Part shown: one piece after another, positions 9,636-18,985 of the stretch
How positions within the stretch are numbered: the first letter of the stretch is position 1
How the letters are laid out: the number at the start of each line of letters is the position of its first letter
Assembly: GCA_965204755.1 (NCBI GenBank)
Contig: OZ242011.1
Coordinates: 1,504,001-1,568,000, forward strand
Reading direction: 5' to 3'
Source of the DNA: Candidatus Marinacidobacterium sp.
GTDB taxonomy: Bacteria; Acidobacteriota; Vicinamibacteria; Marinacidobacterales; Marinacidobacteraceae
DNA: 64,000 nucleotides
The notes under the pieces: generated by a model
What the model saw: only the letters and a program-made list of their open reading frames with translations
Databases searched by the model: none
Told to the model about the DNA's origin: nothing
Position numbers and translations under genes: made by a program

Positions 9636-11252
9636 TTGACCCACCTCACGACGGAACACCTCGGTTTCGCCCGAAGCCGCCACGACCTCTCCACTTCCGG
9701 GATCCGCTACCCGCGGCGGGTGCTGTGGAACCTGTCCACGGCGGCGCTCACCCAGGAGGCCGTCTTCCGCGGGGAGGCGACGCTGGCCCACGGCGGCCCC
9801 ATCGTGGTGCGCACCGGCGAGTTCACCGGCCGGTCGCCCAAGGACAAGTACATCGTCGAGGAGCCGAACACGAGCGGCGAGGTGTGGTGGGGCCCCCACA
9901 ACCAGCCGTTCTCGCGCGAGCAGTACGACCGGCTCCGCTGGCGGCTCACCGCCTACATGCAGAACCGGGAGTTGTTCGTCCAGGACTGCTTCGCCGGCGC
10001 CGACCCCGAGTTCCGGCTGCCGCTGCGCGTGATCACCACCACGGCGTGGCAGAGCCTGTTCGCCCGCAACATGTTCATCCGGACGCGCGACGAAACCCGG
10101 CTGACCGAGCACGAACCGCAGTTCACGGTCATCGCCGCGCCCAGTTTCCGCGCCGCGCCCGACCAGGACGGCACCCGGTCCGAAGTCTTCGTGATCGTGA
10201 ACTTCGAGCGCCGGGAGATCCTCATCGGCGGCACCGCCTACGCCGGCGAAATCAAGAAGTCCGTCTTCTCGGTGATGAACTGGCTGCTGCCGGAACGCGG
10301 CGTCCTGCCGATGCACTGCTCGGCGAACTACGGCGCCGACGAGGACGACCTCGCCATCTTCTTCGGCCTCTCGGGCACCGGGAAGACCACGCTCTCCGCC
10401 GACCGGGGCCGCACGCTGGTCGGCGACGACGAACACGGGTGGGGCGAGAACGGCGTCTTCAACTTCGAGGGCGGCTGCTACGCGAAGGTCATCCGGCTGT
10501 CCCGCGAAGGGGAACCGGAGATCCACGCCACGACGCGCCGCTTCGGAACCATCCTGGAGAATGTGAAGGTGCGGGAGGAGACCCGGCGCCTCGACCTCGA
10601 CAGCGCCGAGTTCACCGAGAACACGCGGGCGTCCTACCCGGTCACCCACATCCCGAGCGCCTCCCGAACCGGTTGCGGCGGGCAGCCGCGGGTGGTCCTG
10701 ATGCTGACTGCGGACGCCTTCGGCGTGCTCCCGCCCATCTCCCGGCTCACCCCGGAGCAGGCGCGCTACCACTTCGTGTCCGGCTACACCGCGAAGGTCG
10801 CCGGCACCGAGCGCGGCGTCAGCGAGCCGCAGGCGACCTTCAGCGCCTGCTTCGGCGCGCCGTTCATGACCCGCCGACCGGAGGCGTACGCGGAACTCCT
10901 CGGCCGCCGCCTCGAGGAGCGCCAGGTGAAGTGCTACCTGGTGAACACCGGCTGGACCGGCGGCCCCTGCGGCGCCTCCCCGCGGATGCCGCTGGCGCTG
11001 ACCCGCGCGCTGGTGCGCGCCGCCCTCGACGGCTCGCTCGAGAAGACCGAGTTCCGACGGGAGCCGATCTTCGGGCTGCAGATCCCGAAGGAATGCCCCG
11101 GAGCCCCGCCGGAGATCCTCGATCCCGGTCGGAGTTGGCAGGACCCGGACGCCTACGGGCGCCAGGCGCGGAAACTCCTCGGCATGTTCGAGGAGAACAC
11201 CGAGAAACTCGGCCCGGCCGCCGGTTCGTTCGCCGCCGCGGCGGCGGCCTGA
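9636..11252 (+). CDS. pckA: Phosphoenolpyruvate carboxykinase (ATP)
   Basis: TGRSPKDK, YAGEIKK, GLSGTGKTTLS, GDDEHGW, FEGGCYAK motifs. Confidence 0.97.
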   Translation: MTHLTTEHLGFARSRHDLSTSGIRYPRRVLWNLSTAALTQEAVFRGEATLAHGGPIVVRTGEFTGRSPKDKYIVEEPNTSGEVWWGPHNQPFSREQYDRLRWRLTAYMQNRELFVQDCFAGADPEFRLPLRVITTTAWQSLFARNMFIRTRDETRLTEHEPQFTVIAAPSFRAAPDQDGTRSEVFVIVNFERREILIGGTAYAGEIKKSVFSVMNWLLPERGVLPMHCSANYGADEDDLAIFFGLSGTGKTTLSADRGRTLVGDDEHGWGENGVFNFEGGCYAKVIRLSREGEPEIHATTRRFGTILENVKVREETRRLDLDSAEFTENTRASYPVTHIPSASRTGCGGQPRVVLMLTADAFGVLPPISRLTPEQARYHFVSGYTAKVAGTERGVSEPQATFSACFGAPFMTRRPEAYAELLGRRLEERQVKCYLVNTGWTGGPCGASPRMPLALTRALVRAALDGSLEKTEFRREPIFGLQIPKECPGAPPEILDPGRSWQDPDAYGRQARKLLGMFEENTEKLGPAAGSFAAAAAA

Positions 11253-11260
11253 CGGCGGCG

Positions 11261-12019
11261 TTGCCGGCAGCGTCGCCGACCGACCGCCGGACGCTGGTTC
11301 TGCTCCGCCACGGCGAAAGCGTCTGGAACCGGGAGAACCGGTTCACCGGCTGGACCGATGTCCCGCTCGCCGACACCGGCCGGGAGCAGGCCCGCCGCGC
11401 CGGCGACCTGCTGGTCGAGGCGGGGATCGTCCCGGCCACCGCCCACACCTCGCGCCTCCGCCGGGCGGAGGACACCCTGAGCGAGGTGATGGCCCGGGCC
11501 CGGTGGGAGGCGGTCCCCGTCCGCCGGGCCTGGGAACTCAACGAGCGCCACTACGGCGTCCTCCAGGGCGAGGACAAGGCGGAGACAGAGCGCCGCTACG
11601 GCCGGGAGCAGACGAGGCGCTGGCGCCGGAGTTACGCCGACGGCCCTCCCCCGGTGGACCGCGCCGACCCCCGCCACCCGGCGCAGGATCCGCGGTACCG
11701 AGAAGTCCCGCCGGAGGCCCTCCCGGCCGGCGAGTCCCTGCGGGACACCGCGGAGCGCGTCCTCCCCTACTGGGAGCGGGCGATCCTCCCCGACCTCGAC
11801 CTCGGCCCGGTGCTGGTCGCCGCCCACGGCAACAGCCTCCGGGCGCTGGTGATGCGCCTCGAAGCCCTGTCCCCGGAGGAGATCGAACACCGCAACATCC
11901 CCACCGGGATCCCCTTGGTCCTGACGCTGGACGGGGCCTCTCGCGCGGTCGAGCGCCGCTACCTGGCCTCCGAGGCCGAACTCGACCGGGGCATCACCTT
12001 GGCGGCGCATCGCCCGTAG
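11261..12019 (+). CDS. gpmA: 2,3-bisphosphoglycerate-dependent phosphoglycerate mutase (start TTG 11261 or CTG 11249)
   Basis: LLRHGES.WN..NRFTGW, LNERHYG, AHGNSLR, NIPTG motifs. Confidence 0.93.
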   Translation: MPAASPTDRRTLVLLRHGESVWNRENRFTGWTDVPLADTGREQARRAGDLLVEAGIVPATAHTSRLRRAEDTLSEVMARARWEAVPVRRAWELNERHYGVLQGEDKAETERRYGREQTRRWRRSYADGPPPVDRADPRHPAQDPRYREVPPEALPAGESLRDTAERVLPYWERAILPDLDLGPVLVAAHGNSLRALVMRLEALSPEEIEHRNIPTGIPLVLTLDGASRAVERRYLASEAELDRGITLAAHRP

Positions 12020-12080
12020 AATTGCGTCCGTTCCGAGCGAGGGCGCCGCGCGGCCCCGTTTCCGGAACAGCCCCTCCGAC

Positions 12081-13990
12081 ATGAAGAAGAACCGCTCGAA
12101 CCGGCAGTGGCGGTGGGAAACCGTCGACCCGAATGTGGGCGCTGCCGGCGGCGCCTTCGCGAAGGTGTTTCGCAACCTGGAGGAGAAGAAGCCCGGCTTT
12201 CTGGAGGAAGGCGCTCCGGGGTTGAACGCTTACCTGATGGCTCGAGAGGTCATCCAGAACGCATGGGACGCCGCCCTCGAGTTGCGGAAACCTGCCCCCC
12301 CCCCCCCCCCGCAAAAAGTCTTCCAGATTTCTACATCCAGTTCGACTTTCGTGTGCTGAGCGGTTCGGAAAAGAAGTCGCTCATCGCCACACTGGACTTG
12401 GGCGGGCATGTCGAGCGGCTTTCGCAACTCGAACGACAGACGATCGGTCTCGATGACGATCTCTGTCTGGATCATCTCGAGAGCAACGAACCGCTCCCGG
12501 TTCTCGTCATCGAGGAGACGGCAACGACCGGGATGTTCGGGCCGTGGAAGGGCGCCAAGTCGAAACTCTTCAAGGCTCTCGCCGCCCTCGGCATCCAAGG
12601 CAAGGACGATGCGGATGCCGGGGGTGCCTTCGGTTTCGGCAAGGCGGGCCTGATTCGCGGTTCGGCCCCGCGGATCGTGGTGGCCTACACCTGCTTCCGG
12701 GAACAGATGGACGATCCAGGAGTTACCCGTCGCCTCTTGGGAATCACCTATTGGGACGCACATTCACTGGACGACCGAGACTTCACCGGAATGGCGCGTT
12801 GGGACACGAACTCCGATGAGCCGCGACCGTTCGAGAACGACGAGGCGGACGGTATCGCCGAGGAACTGGGGCTGAGGCTTCGCCACCCGGACAACGACGA
12901 GGACTTCGGCACTTCGTTCTTGATCCTGCAACCCACCGTCGATCCGGGGAGGCTGGAGACCGCGATCAACCGCTCTTGGTGGCCGGCGCTGGAAGACACG
13001 ACGCTCGGCTTCCAGGCAGCGATCCGGCCGCCCGGCGAAGACGCGCGTTCTCCGCGACCGCAACAGGACGCCGACCTGCAGCCCTTCGTCCGTGCTTATC
13101 GGCAGGCGACCTCCACCGCAAAGTTCATCGGCAAAGTTCCCAACCTCCACTCTTTTGATATCTGGGACTCGTCCCGACTACTGGGAAAACTCGTACTGGT
13201 CACCGACCCGGACGGTTGGTCGTTCCAGGACCCGAGTTCGTCATCGGATGAGAGTCTCGTCGCGCTGATGCGCAACACGCGGATGGTCGTGGAATATCGA
13301 AAGTTGGGGTTCCGGGAGACCACTCCGATCGTTCGCGGCGTCTTCGTGGCGGACGACGGCGTGAGCGGTCTTCTCCGGGAAACGGAACCCGTCGGGCACG
13401 ATGCTTGGTATTCGGGTGGTGACGAGAACGATGCCAGCGAAGAGGCTCGTGCTGTCGCAGACTGCATCCTGAAGAAAATCAAGGATCGCGTTCGCAAGGT
13501 TCGCAAGGACTTGGCGCCGCCCGCACCGAAACCGGAGTTCGTGAGGCTCCCGGAGTTCGACCGCATCATGCGGCGCATCTTGGGCGGCGAGGGCCGAAAA
13601 CAGGGGCCGACCGCGCAGAGGCGTTTCGTACGGTTGGATGGAATCGAGAGCGAGCCCGAGATCGTTGGCCACGGGCTCATCCGTACCACCGGGTCCGCGC
13701 AGTTCGGTCTGAGCGAAAATTTTCCGGTGTCCCGCCCCGGCGCACGCGTTGCCATCCAAGTCCGTTTCGTGGTACTCGAGGACGGTCAGGCCCGCGGCGC
13801 CAATAGCGTCCCGGTCGCAGTCGCGCCTCCCGATGGCTTCGAAGTCGCCGACGACGCCGATCCCCACCGCTTCACGGGCTGGTTGGCTCGCGGCGACGAA
13901 CACGGCTTCTCCTTCCAAACGGATCCTTACGACGAGGATTGGACCGGTCGGCTCTACATCGAGGCCGAATTCCTTTCCGAGGACTCTTGA
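12081..13990 (+). CDS. GHKL (MORC/MutL-like) ATPase, frameshifted at a poly-C tract (phase-variable, pseudogene or sequencing error)
   Basis: Motif I REVIQNAWDA in ORF 12081-12359; motifs IEETATTGM, GGAFGFGKAG and GTSF in the frame ending at 13990; frames switch at C16. Confidence 0.75.
12295..12310 (+). repeat. C16 homopolymer
   Basis: Counted directly; C14 or C17 would restore the frame. Confidence 0.9.
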
Positions 13991-14976
13991 ATCGAGAACG
14001 CAAGACCGTACGCCCGTTTCGGGGCGTAGCGCCGTCGCTGACCAGAGCCCTGCGGAATGCGGTTCTTCGGTTCGGAGAGAAACAGGTCACCGCGGGCGCT
14101 CGCCTCCAGTGGGACGACTTCGAGACCTACCGAGACCAAGACATTTTGCTGGAGTGGAGCGCGGACGACGAGTCTCCGACCTTCTTGTCCGGGCTGAAAC
14201 AAGGCTGCCGCGAGTCCGGTCTGCCTCCCGACAGTCTGGCTCTCGTCGTCACGGCCACCAGCCGGTATCTCGGTATCGTGGATGTCCTCTTCAACTGTCC
14301 TCTGGACGACTTGGATGAACTCGAACCTGCCCTTGACCTTCGGGCCGAGAAAACCGACGCGGCGGCTTGGAGGACATGTGTCCGAGGTTGCCGGGTGGAC
14401 GCGTATCTCCTGCTCGCCCGCAAACTGGAAGAACGGCCTCTTCGCCCCTGGAGGAAGGGAGTGTGGCTGTCGAGGGCGAGTTTCACGGTAGCGACAGACT
14501 ACACGGAGAGTCTGTTTCGACCGAGGAAACTGGACGACAAACAGCGGAAGCGATTTCAACTCTCGGTTCAGGCGCTCCGCTATGTCCATCTTCCGGAACC
14601 CGTCTGGGAGGAATATGACCCCGAAGAGCCGCCGGAGGTGTACTTGGACGCCGAGATCATGGCGCAGATCGCGGCGAAGCCGAAAGCGCTGCCGAGCCGC
14701 CTGGCCCAAGCGGAACTCGCCTATGTGTTCCTGCGTGGCGTCCTCACCGATGCTCACATGAACCGAAAGCAGTGGCGCGGGCGCATGTGGCGGGACATCG
14801 CGAACACACTGCTCGGCAAGGCCCTTCGCGCCATCGCCGGGAAGAACGCGCCCGTCGCCGAGTGCGCTCGATGGATGGACAGACTCGGCAGTGACGGTGG
14901 CTTGGAGGGTGTCGTGTCGGAGTGCGAGGGCGTCACCGAAATTCGCGCTCTTCTTCGCGACGCGTTTCGGGAGTAG
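13987..14976 (+). CDS. Hypothetical protein, second gene of the GHKL-Dcm cassette
   Basis: TTG overlaps the ATPase TGA (TTGA coupling); 329 aa globular-looking sequence; no motif recognised. Confidence 0.7.
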   Translation: MNRERKTVRPFRGVAPSLTRALRNAVLRFGEKQVTAGARLQWDDFETYRDQDILLEWSADDESPTFLSGLKQGCRESGLPPDSLALVVTATSRYLGIVDVLFNCPLDDLDELEPALDLRAEKTDAAAWRTCVRGCRVDAYLLLARKLEERPLRPWRKGVWLSRASFTVATDYTESLFRPRKLDDKQRKRFQLSVQALRYVHLPEPVWEEYDPEEPPEVYLDAEIMAQIAAKPKALPSRLAQAELAYVFLRGVLTDAHMNRKQWRGRMWRDIANTLLGKALRAIAGKNAPVAECARWMDRLGSDGGLEGVVSECEGVTEIRALLRDAFRE

Positions 14977-14981
14977 CCACG

Positions 14982-15704
14982 ATGCGATACAAGACACTCC
15001 CGCTCCAGGAGTGTCGGCGTTTCGCCCGCGAGCGACTCGCGGGAGAGACGCCGGACATCGGTACGGGCGTTGTCTTCGCCGGAGCCGGCGAAGACCTCGA
15101 CATAAAGCCGATCCGCAAGGCCGCCAAGAAGATCGTCCGTCTCGTCGACGACAAGGCGAAGGATCGGGATCGAATCGAGGGGAAGGCCGCTGTTCTCCTC
15201 TACGACGGCCTTGCCGGAGTCCCGGTCGACGCACTCGACGATCCGGGTTTCTGGCGCTACCTGAGTGTCGGATTGGCGTTTTGGGGCTTCATCGCCTGGA
15301 GGGAGCACCGCGCACTGCAGAAGGGCGACAACTTCCTCAAGTATGTCGACGGGAAGAAGGCGACCGAGTGTGTCCTTCCGCGCATGTACATGCGCGTGTT
15401 GGCGCTCGGCGCCCGGGACGACCCGAAGGGACAGTTCCGGGAACTGGCTACGGCGCTTCCGGCCGCGACGGACTTCTGGCGGAGTCATGTGGTCCGGGTG
15501 CAGACCGCGGCGTCGCCGGCCGTCGTTCGGGCGTTCGCGCGAATGCAAAAAGAGAGGCGTCTCAACACCGACGATCTCCGGGAGTTCGCGAAGGACATTT
15601 CCAAGATCCGTTCGACGGTCGTTTTGAGCATCTACAACGACGAGGAAGCCGACATCTTCATCCGAGACCTTCGCGCGAAGTTCGACCGCCGGAAGGCCGG
15701 ATAG
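14982..15704 (+). CDS. Hypothetical protein (weakly DUF6339-like), third gene of the cassette
   Basis: ATG 5 nt after the previous stop, preceded by GGAG; DDPGFWRYLS motif. Confidence 0.65.
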   Translation: MRYKTLPLQECRRFARERLAGETPDIGTGVVFAGAGEDLDIKPIRKAAKKIVRLVDDKAKDRDRIEGKAAVLLYDGLAGVPVDALDDPGFWRYLSVGLAFWGFIAWREHRALQKGDNFLKYVDGKKATECVLPRMYMRVLALGARDDPKGQFRELATALPAATDFWRSHVVRVQTAASPAVVRAFARMQKERRLNTDDLREFAKDISKIRSTVVLSIYNDEEADIFIRDLRAKFDRRKAG

Positions 15705-17071
15705 TGAGTCTTGCCGGCGCCGCCCGGCAGTCCCGTGTGGTTGCCGCGAAGGGAACGCTTCGGGAGGATTATCGGCACAACGGGAGTGTCCGGCACTCGC
15801 TCGCGCTCGGCGCGCGACGGGGCCTGAGCGCCGATCTGGGAGAGCCGGAGAGCGCCCCTCGCTGCAGCGGCGATCCCAAGGGCGAGTGGTGGCGCGCCTA
15901 TCTCCGCGGCCGCCGACCGGTCACAGCGAACCCGAGCGGGAAGACCCTGCGCATCGCCGACCTGTTCTGCGGGGCCGGGGGACTCGCGCTCGGGGTTCGC
16001 CAGTTGTGCGACGAAGCCGGTCTCGAGCCGGTCTGGGAGTTCATCGCCGACCGAGACGACGGCGCGGTGGCGGTGTACGCGGGGAACCACCCGGTGCGGC
16101 GGGTCTCGAGGGAATCGGTGTCCGACCTGCTGGACTACCGGGTGCGGCGGCGGTCGAGCGGGGCCGAGTTCGTCTATGAATCGGAGTTCCTCGACCCCGA
16201 GTTGCGCAAGGCGGTGCGCGGCGTGGACCTGGTGATGGCCGGGCCGCCGTGCGAGGGGCATTCGAACCTGAACAACCACACGCGCCGGGACGACCGGCGG
16301 AACCACCTCTATCTCGCGGTTCCGGCGTTCGCGGTCGCTGCGGGGGCGCGGATGGTGCTCATCGAGAATGTGCCCGCGGTGGAGAACGACCGCAGCGGAG
16401 TGGTCGAGGCGGCGCGTAACCTGTTGGAGGCTGCCGGTTATTCCGTCGAAACCGGCGTCCTCGCCGCCGACGCCATGGGATGGCCGCAGACGCGGCGGCG
16501 GTTCTTCCTGGTGGCTCACCGTTCCCGCGCGCCAGTGCCGTTCGCGGCGATCCGTGAGGGTCTCGCCGACGATGCTCCGCGCCCGCTCTGGTGGGCCATC
16601 GAGGACCTGGAGGAGACCGGCGGCGACGATCCGCTGCATCGCGTGGGGGAACTCAGCGAGGAGAACCGCGCTCGTATCGCGTGGCTGTTCGACAACGACG
16701 CTCACGAACTCGACCTCTCCGAACGGCCGGCCTGCCACCGGGACGGCACGACCTACTCGGCGGTGTACGGGCGTATGCACCGGGACCAGCCCGCGCCGAC
16801 GATCACGACCGGTTTCCTGACACCGGGCCGCGGCCGGTTCGTGCATCCGACCCGGCGACGGACGCTGACCCCGCGCGAAGCGGCCCGGCTGCAGGGTTTT
16901 CCCGACACCTACCGGTTCGCTCCGGAGGCCGACCGAGTCCCCACCCGGTCGCAACTCGCGAAGTGGATCGGGGACGCGGTGCCCATGCCGCTCGGCTACG
17001 CCGCGGCGCTCTCCCTGCTCGCCCCCGAGTTGGGCCGGGCGAGCCCGCGACGGAAACCGCAGCACGCGTGA
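15704..17071 (+). CDS. dcm: DNA (cytosine-5)-methyltransferase
   Basis: DLFCGAGG (I), GPPCEGHS (IV), IENV (VI), QTRRR (VIII), RTLTPREAARLQGFP (IX), IGDAVP (X); GTG overlaps the previous TAG. Confidence 0.92.
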   Translation: MSLAGAARQSRVVAAKGTLREDYRHNGSVRHSLALGARRGLSADLGEPESAPRCSGDPKGEWWRAYLRGRRPVTANPSGKTLRIADLFCGAGGLALGVRQLCDEAGLEPVWEFIADRDDGAVAVYAGNHPVRRVSRESVSDLLDYRVRRRSSGAEFVYESEFLDPELRKAVRGVDLVMAGPPCEGHSNLNNHTRRDDRRNHLYLAVPAFAVAAGARMVLIENVPAVENDRSGVVEAARNLLEAAGYSVETGVLAADAMGWPQTRRRFFLVAHRSRAPVPFAAIREGLADDAPRPLWWAIEDLEETGGDDPLHRVGELSEENRARIAWLFDNDAHELDLSERPACHRDGTTYSAVYGRMHRDQPAPTITTGFLTPGRGRFVHPTRRRTLTPREAARLQGFPDTYRFAPEADRVPTRSQLAKWIGDAVPMPLGYAAALSLLAPELGRASPRRKPQHA

Positions 17072-17510
17072 CCGGCGCCGGCGCCGGGCCGGCGCGGGAG
17101 GAGTCGGTCCCGGAGTCCGTTCGGCGGCGGATGCGGAATACGCCGCGGCGGGATACGCCGTTCGAGGTCGCGGTGCGGAAGCAGGCGTACGCGTTGGGCC
17201 TGCGCTATCGCGTGGACTGCGGCGTTCCCGGAGTGACCCGGGGACGGCCCGACCTGGTATTCAGCGGACGCCGGGTGGCCGTGTTCCTCGACGGCTGCTC
17301 TGGCACTCCTGCCCGATCCACCGCTCGGCCCCGGCCACGAACCGCGAGTGGTGGGCCGCCAAACTGCGGGCGAACGCCGACCGCGACGAACGCCACCGCC
17401 GGGAACTCGAGGACGCCGGATGGACCGTCCTCCGCTTCTGGGAACACGAAGATCCCGCAACCGTCGCCGCCGAAATCGCCGCCGCGGTTCGCGGGTCCCA
17501 ACCGGGCTGA
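17068..17510 (+). pseudogene. vsr: Very-short-patch repair endonuclease Vsr, 1-nt deletion frameshift near 17299
   Basis: RRM...RRDTPFE..GLRYR..GRPDLVF..AVFLDGC, then WHSCP..WWAAKL..N..RD..GWTVLRFWEHE in another frame (tgc t_c tgg instead of tgc ttc tgg). Confidence 0.85.
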
Positions 17511-17540
17511 CGGGCCGCAACCGGCCCCGCATGAGTTACT

Positions 17541-17599
17541 GACCCGGCGGGCGCCGGGTCGAGGGCGCGCCCCGGGGCCGGGGAGACCCCGGGGCGCGC
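17541..17599. terminator. Two GC-rich hairpins between convergent vsr and flotillin genes
   Basis: GACCCGGCG/CGCCGGGTC (17541-17560) and GCGCGCCCCGGGG/CCCCGGGGCGCGC (17565-17599); no clear U-tract. Confidence 0.45.
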
Positions 17600-17605
17600 G
17601 GGTGC

Positions 17606-18925
17606 TCAGTGGCCGCTGTGGCCGAGGGGGCCGCGGGCGGAACCGCGCTTGGCTCCCCGTTCCGCTTCGCCTGCCGCCGGCGGGCCGTCGCTGTCCTTCC
17701 TGTCGGAGGAGAGGAGCGCCGGGACATCCACGCCGGTGGCGGTCTTCAACTGCTCGAGGAAGGCCGCGACGGAACCGGTGAGGCCGCGCACATGGCTCGG
17801 CACGCCGCCGCCGTCGCCGTTGTCCACCACCGTGAGCCGCTCCACATGGAGGTTGTCGTGGAGGACATGGGTGACCTTGTCGATCAGGTGCGGGAGCATC
17901 TGGAGCAGCATGATCTCCCGTGCGGTCTCGTCGGTCCACTGCATCTTGATCTGCTCGATCGCGGCGGCGGTGGCCTTACCGTTCTCGCGGATCTTCGAGG
18001 CGGCGCCCTCGGCGGCGAGGATCTTGGCCCGGCTCGCCGCTTCGGCGGGAATGACCGTGTTCGCCTGTTCCCGCTTCTGGTTGCGCTCGACCCGGATGTC
18101 TTCGAGTTCGCTCTGCTGGCGGGCGCGGGAGATGGCCCGGGCGACCTCCGCGACCTCTTCCGCCTCGTTCGACTTGGCGGAGCGCTCGGCGCGGCGCATG
18201 CGGACTTCGTGCTCGGCGTCCACGATGGCCTGCTCGGCCTCGGTCTCCGCCACCACCGCGCTGCGCTTGGCTTCGGCGGCCACGCTGCGCGCCTCGGCGT
18301 CCGCGGTCGCTTCCTTCTTGAGGGCGTCACGCCGGACTTCCGCGCTCTTCTGCCGTCCGATGGCTTCGAGGTAGCCCTCGGAGTCGGAGAGGTGCTGGAT
18401 CTTGAAGGTGTCGAGCACCAGCCCGAGGCGGCCGAAGTCGGTCTGCGCCGCCTCGGAGGCGGAGTCGGCCACGGCGAGGCGCTCGGCGTTCGCCGCTTCC
18501 GGCGTCCGGGTGGCGAGCACGCCGCGGAGGCTGCCTTCGAGCGTCTGCCGCGCCACGGTCTGGATCTCGTGTTCGCTCTTGCCGAGGAAACGCTCGACCG
18601 CCTGGTCGAGGCCGCCGCCGACTTCGCCGGACACCTTGACCGTGGCGAGGCCTTCGACATCCAGCGAGATCATGCCGGCGGAGAGCGCCTTCTGGACCTT
18701 CACTTCGATCGGGATCGTGTTCAGCGAGATGCGGGACACGGTCTCGATGAGCGGCCGGCGGAAGCCGCGGCCCCCGCGAATCACCCGGAACCCGCGCTTG
18801 CGGCCGGAGAAGATCACCGCTTCGTTCGGCGCGCAGACGACGACATGGCTGCGGATGAAGATGATGAACGCCATGACGGCGGTGGCCCCGAGGGCGATGA
18901 TGATTCCGATGGTTCCTGGAGTCAT
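17606..18925 (-). CDS. Flotillin (SPFH domain) protein
   Basis: N-terminal TM, PNEAVIFSG, LEGSLRGVLA, YLEAIG, AEA-rich coiled coil. Confidence 0.88.
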   Translation of the reverse strand: MTPGTIGIIIALGATAVMAFIIFIRSHVVVCAPNEAVIFSGRKRGFRVIRGGRGFRRPLIETVSRISLNTIPIEVKVQKALSAGMISLDVEGLATVKVSGEVGGGLDQAVERFLGKSEHEIQTVARQTLEGSLRGVLATRTPEAANAERLAVADSASEAAQTDFGRLGLVLDTFKIQHLSDSEGYLEAIGRQKSAEVRRDALKKEATADAEARSVAAEAKRSAVVAETEAEQAIVDAEHEVRMRRAERSAKSNEAEEVAEVARAISRARQQSELEDIRVERNQKREQANTVIPAEAASRAKILAAEGAASKIRENGKATAAAIEQIKMQWTDETAREIMLLQMLPHLIDKVTHVLHDNLHVERLTVVDNGDGGGVPSHVRGLTGSVAAFLEQLKTATGVDVPALLSSDRKDSDGPPAAGEAERGAKRGSARGPLGHSGH

Positions 18926-18985
18926 GAAAACCTCTTCGAAGTCGGCGGCGGGCGGGTCGGTTGTCCGGCGCCGGCGGATCCTCTG

